Positions 52,783-55,545 of a DNA stretch of 55,545 nucleotides are shown here, one piece after another. Source of the DNA: Bacillales bacterium UBA3620 (GTDB taxonomy: Bacteria; Bacillota_I; Bacilli_A; RF39; UBA660); contig DFLL01000015.1 of the NCBI GenBank assembly GCA_002375205.1, positions 1 through 55,545 of the forward strand, written 5' to 3'. Both the position numbers and the translations under genes were made by a program. Numbering within the stretch: the first letter of the stretch is position 1; each line of letters starts with the position of its first letter. Below the pieces are notes generated by a model, which was not told the DNA's origin, did not search any database, and was given only the letters and a program-made list of their open reading frames with translations.

Positions 52783-54963
52783 ATGGATAAGGAATATATT
52801 AAAGGTCATTTATATAAAGAAATATATCGTAATGAAATGAATGGTTATATGGTTGCTTTATTTAAAATTAAAGAAACTAATACTTCTTTTGAAGATAATA
52901 TTATTAATATAACAGGAGTACTTCCAAGTCTTTCTGATAAAAAAGAATATATTCTTTATGGAGAAATTGCTAATCATAAAAAGTATGGTATTCAGTTTAA
53001 CGTTAGTTCTTTTGATATAGTAATGCCTTCTAAAGAGGAAGAGTTAGTAACTTTTTTATCTAGTGATTTATTTCCGATAGGAGAGAAAACAGCAGAAAAA
53101 ATAGTTAGTAGATATAAAGAAGAAACGATTAATAAAATACTTGAAGATAAGTCTTGTTTAGTTGGAATACCGAGACTTACTGATAAGAAGATTGATAAGA
53201 TATATAATGTTTTAAAAGATTATCAGAATACTTCGAATATTGTTATTGAACTTACTAAGCTTGGTTTTGAAATGAAAGAGAGTTTATCTTTTTTGAATAA
53301 GTATGAAGGTAAAATTCTTGATACGGTTAATAATAATATATATGAACTTATTGATAGTGATGATATGCCTTTTACCAAGATAGATGAAATTGCTATTAAT
53401 ATGGGTATAGAGGAAGATGATGAAAGAAGATTACTTGCTCTTATTATTTATGTGATGAAGAGTTTATGTTTTAATAATGGGGATACTTATTTAAATTTAG
53501 AAGAGATATCTTTTAATTTATCTAGTTATGTTAGTATTACTCCAGAAAGACTTGATTACTTAATGATGAAACTTATTAGGGATAGAAAGTTAGTCGTAGA
53601 AGATAAAAGATATTATTTGAAGAAATTTTATGAGGCTGAGAAGTATATTACAGATAGGATATGTTTTCTTAATGATATTGAAGATAATGGTAATGTTAAT
53701 ATAGAGAAGTATATTGATAATGAGAAGTTTAATGGGATAGAATATGATGATATTCAAAGAAAGGCTATCCAGTGTGGTGTTAATAATAATCTTACTATTA
53801 TTACGGGTGGACCGGGAACTGGTAAGACTACTATTATTAAGGCTATTGTTAAGATATTAACGGAGGCTTATAAACTTAGAGATAATGATATAGCTTTACT
53901 TGCTCCGACGGGTAGAGCAGCGAAAAAAATGATGGAGACTACTGGTAGAAGTGCTTCTACTATTCATAAATATTTAGGTTGGGATAAGGATACGAATACT
54001 TTTGAAGTAGATGAATTTAGTCCTAATCCAGAAAAATATATAATAGTAGATGAAGTTAGTATGATTGATACTTTACTTATGGAGGCTTTACTTAGAGGGA
54101 TAAGAAGGGATTCTAAACTAATACTAGTGGGAGACTATTACCAACTACCTAGTGTTAGTGAAGGTCAAATACTTAAGGATTTAATTGATAGTGATGTTTT
54201 ACCGGTTATTAGGTTAAATCAGATATATAGACAAAGTGAAGGATCTTATATTTTGAATTTGGCTTATGATATTAAAGAGAAGAATATTAGTGAGGATTTA
54301 TTTATTAAGAAGGAGGATTATTTATTTATTAATAGTGATAATGATAATACTTTAAATTATGTTAAAGAAGTAGTGAGTAAGGCTATTAATAAGGGACTTA
54401 CGGATAGAGAAGTACAAGTTCTTGCTCCGATGTATAAGGGAATTAATGGAATTGATAACTTAAATATAATGCTTCAGGAATTATTTAATCCTGGTAGTGA
54501 AAAGAAGAAACAGATTACTTATAGAGAGGTTATTTATAGGGTAGGAGATAAGGTATTACAACTTGTTAATGATCCGGATAATAATGTTTATAATGGGGAT
54601 ATTGGGTATATTGATGATATTATTATATCAAAAGATAAAAAGATTATTAATCAGATTAATATTAATTATGATGGTAATATTGTAGAATATACTCCTGATA
54701 AATTTATTAATTTTAGACATGGTTATGCTATTAGTATTCATAAGGCTCAGGGTAGTGAATTTGATACGGTTATAATTCCTATTACTATTTCTTTTAAGAG
54801 AATGCTATATAATAAACTTGTTTATACAGGTGTAACTAGAGCTAAGAAGAGTCTTATTATAGTAGGAGATCCTAATTCTTTTATGTATGGTATTAATAAT
54901 GATTATGTGGATAATAGAAAAACTACTTTAAAGGATTTTATTATTAATAAATATAATTATTAG
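52783..54963 (+). CDS. recD2: ATP-dependent RecD-like DNA helicase RecD2
   Basis: HKKYGIQF, GGPGTGKTT, APTGRAAK, VDEVSM, GD..QLPSV, SIHKAQGSEF, YTGVTRAK. Confidence 0.96.
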   Translation: MDKEYIKGHLYKEIYRNEMNGYMVALFKIKETNTSFEDNIINITGVLPSLSDKKEYILYGEIANHKKYGIQFNVSSFDIVMPSKEEELVTFLSSDLFPIGEKTAEKIVSRYKEETINKILEDKSCLVGIPRLTDKKIDKIYNVLKDYQNTSNIVIELTKLGFEMKESLSFLNKYEGKILDTVNNNIYELIDSDDMPFTKIDEIAINMGIEEDDERRLLALIIYVMKSLCFNNGDTYLNLEEISFNLSSYVSITPERLDYLMMKLIRDRKLVVEDKRYYLKKFYEAEKYITDRICFLNDIEDNGNVNIEKYIDNEKFNGIEYDDIQRKAIQCGVNNNLTIITGGPGTGKTTIIKAIVKILTEAYKLRDNDIALLAPTGRAAKKMMETTGRSASTIHKYLGWDKDTNTFEVDEFSPNPEKYIIVDEVSMIDTLLMEALLRGIRRDSKLILVGDYYQLPSVSEGQILKDLIDSDVLPVIRLNQIYRQSEGSYILNLAYDIKEKNISEDLFIKKEDYLFINSDNDNTLNYVKEVVSKAINKGLTDREVQVLAPMYKGINGIDNLNIMLQELFNPGSEKKKQITYREVIYRVGDKVLQLVNDPDNNVYNGDIGYIDDIIISKDKKIINQININYDGNIVEYTPDKFINFRHGYAISIHKAQGSEFDTVIIPITISFKRMLYNKLVYTGVTRAKKSLIIVGDPNSFMYGINNDYVDNRKTTLKDFIINKYNY

Positions 54964-55051
54964 TATAATTTTAAATATTCTTTTAATACTATTAGTGGTA
55001 TTTAATTATTATTTATTAAATACTCTTCATATTTTAGAGAGGTGATAATTT

Positions 55052-55213
55052 ATGAAAAAATCTAGTATTGGGAATATGATGCTAGGAATGGGTATAGGTG
55101 TAGGTAGTGCTGCATTATACATGAATATTAAGAATGGTAATATGAGAAAGATAGTTAGAAAGATGAATTCTGCTAAAACGAAAGCCATTAGTGACCTAGA
55201 AAATATGATGTAG
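55052..55213 (+). CDS. small protein (53 aa), YrzQ/DUF3918-like
   Basis: MKKSSIGNMMLGMGIGVGSAALYMNIKNGNMRKIVRKM...; RBS gaggtg; followed by terminator; position after recD2. Confidence 0.65.
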   Translation: MKKSSIGNMMLGMGIGVGSAALYMNIKNGNMRKIVRKMNSAKTKAISDLENMM

Positions 55214-55240
55214 AAAGAGACTTGTTCTCTTTCTTTTTTT
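55212..55240 (+). terminator. intrinsic terminator
   Basis: agaaagaga cttgt tctctttct plus T run. Confidence 0.7.
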
Positions 55241-55246
55241 ATGTTT

Positions 55247-55274
55247 TACCCGAAGTAACAAGTTACTTCTCCAT
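55247..55274 (-). repeat. REP-like hairpin repeat, copy 3 (inverted, covariant)
   Basis: reverse complement reads atggagaagtaacttgttacttcgggta. Confidence 0.8.
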
Positions 55275-55390
55275 AGTCCTTTATGAGAAGAATCTGGTAT
55301 ATGAATTTTATTTGAAATAATTAGTAATCTATTGCATTTTTTTTGATTATTTTATATAATAAGTTTAATTTTTAAGGGAGGCTCTTATAT

Positions 55391-55545
55391 ATGAATATAA
55401 CTGTTCAAATAGTACATGATGAATTAAAAGGTGGGGAATATCGTCTTTTAGCGGATTATTTAAGAATGAATGGCTTTTTTGTTTATAATCAAATAGTTAA
55501 ACCTAATCAAACACTTTTTAATTTGAATCAGAAGTTTGATTTTAC
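55391..55545 (+). CDS. hypothetical protein, truncated by window end
   Basis: RBS aagggagg, upstream TTGCAT...TATAAT, open frame MNITVQIVHDELKGGEYRLLADYLRMNGFF... Confidence 0.65.
   Translation, partial: MNITVQIVHDELKGGEYRLLADYLRMNGFFVYNQIVKPNQTLFNLNQKFDF

Overview
Very AT-rich chromosomal segment of a low-GC Bacillota genome. The divergent 16S, short 5S and gene repertoire suggest an uncultured RF39/UBA660-like gut Bacilli lineage, but this is an inference and not a database result. Almost all genes and the single tRNA-free 16S-23S-5S operon lie on the + strand. The outstanding feature is a ~21 kb co-oriented block (10.1-31.1 kb) in which a Tad/Flp pilus module (secreted accessory proteins, CpaB, CpaF, TadB/C, non-canonical pilins, CpaE-like) runs directly into a type IV secretion module (two VirB2-like pilins, a large protein with a C-terminal pilin domain, VirB6, VirB3/PrgI, a two-part VirB4, an M23 peptidase, a VirB8-like candidate and VirD4). 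No relaxase, integrase or other mobility gene is visible, and the block sits between housekeeping genes, so it looks like a domesticated adhesion-plus-secretion machine and not an ICE. The rest of the window holds housekeeping genes (queH, trmL, sufB, ssb, holA, hemW, dnaG, sigA, trmK, recD2), scattered sporulation genes (yunB, cotJA-B fusion with cotJC, sspI, spoVID-like, ysxE-like), a DUF1016 pseudogene fragment, and a three-copy 28-bp REP-like hairpin showing compensatory base changes. All product calls come from motif recognition by eye.
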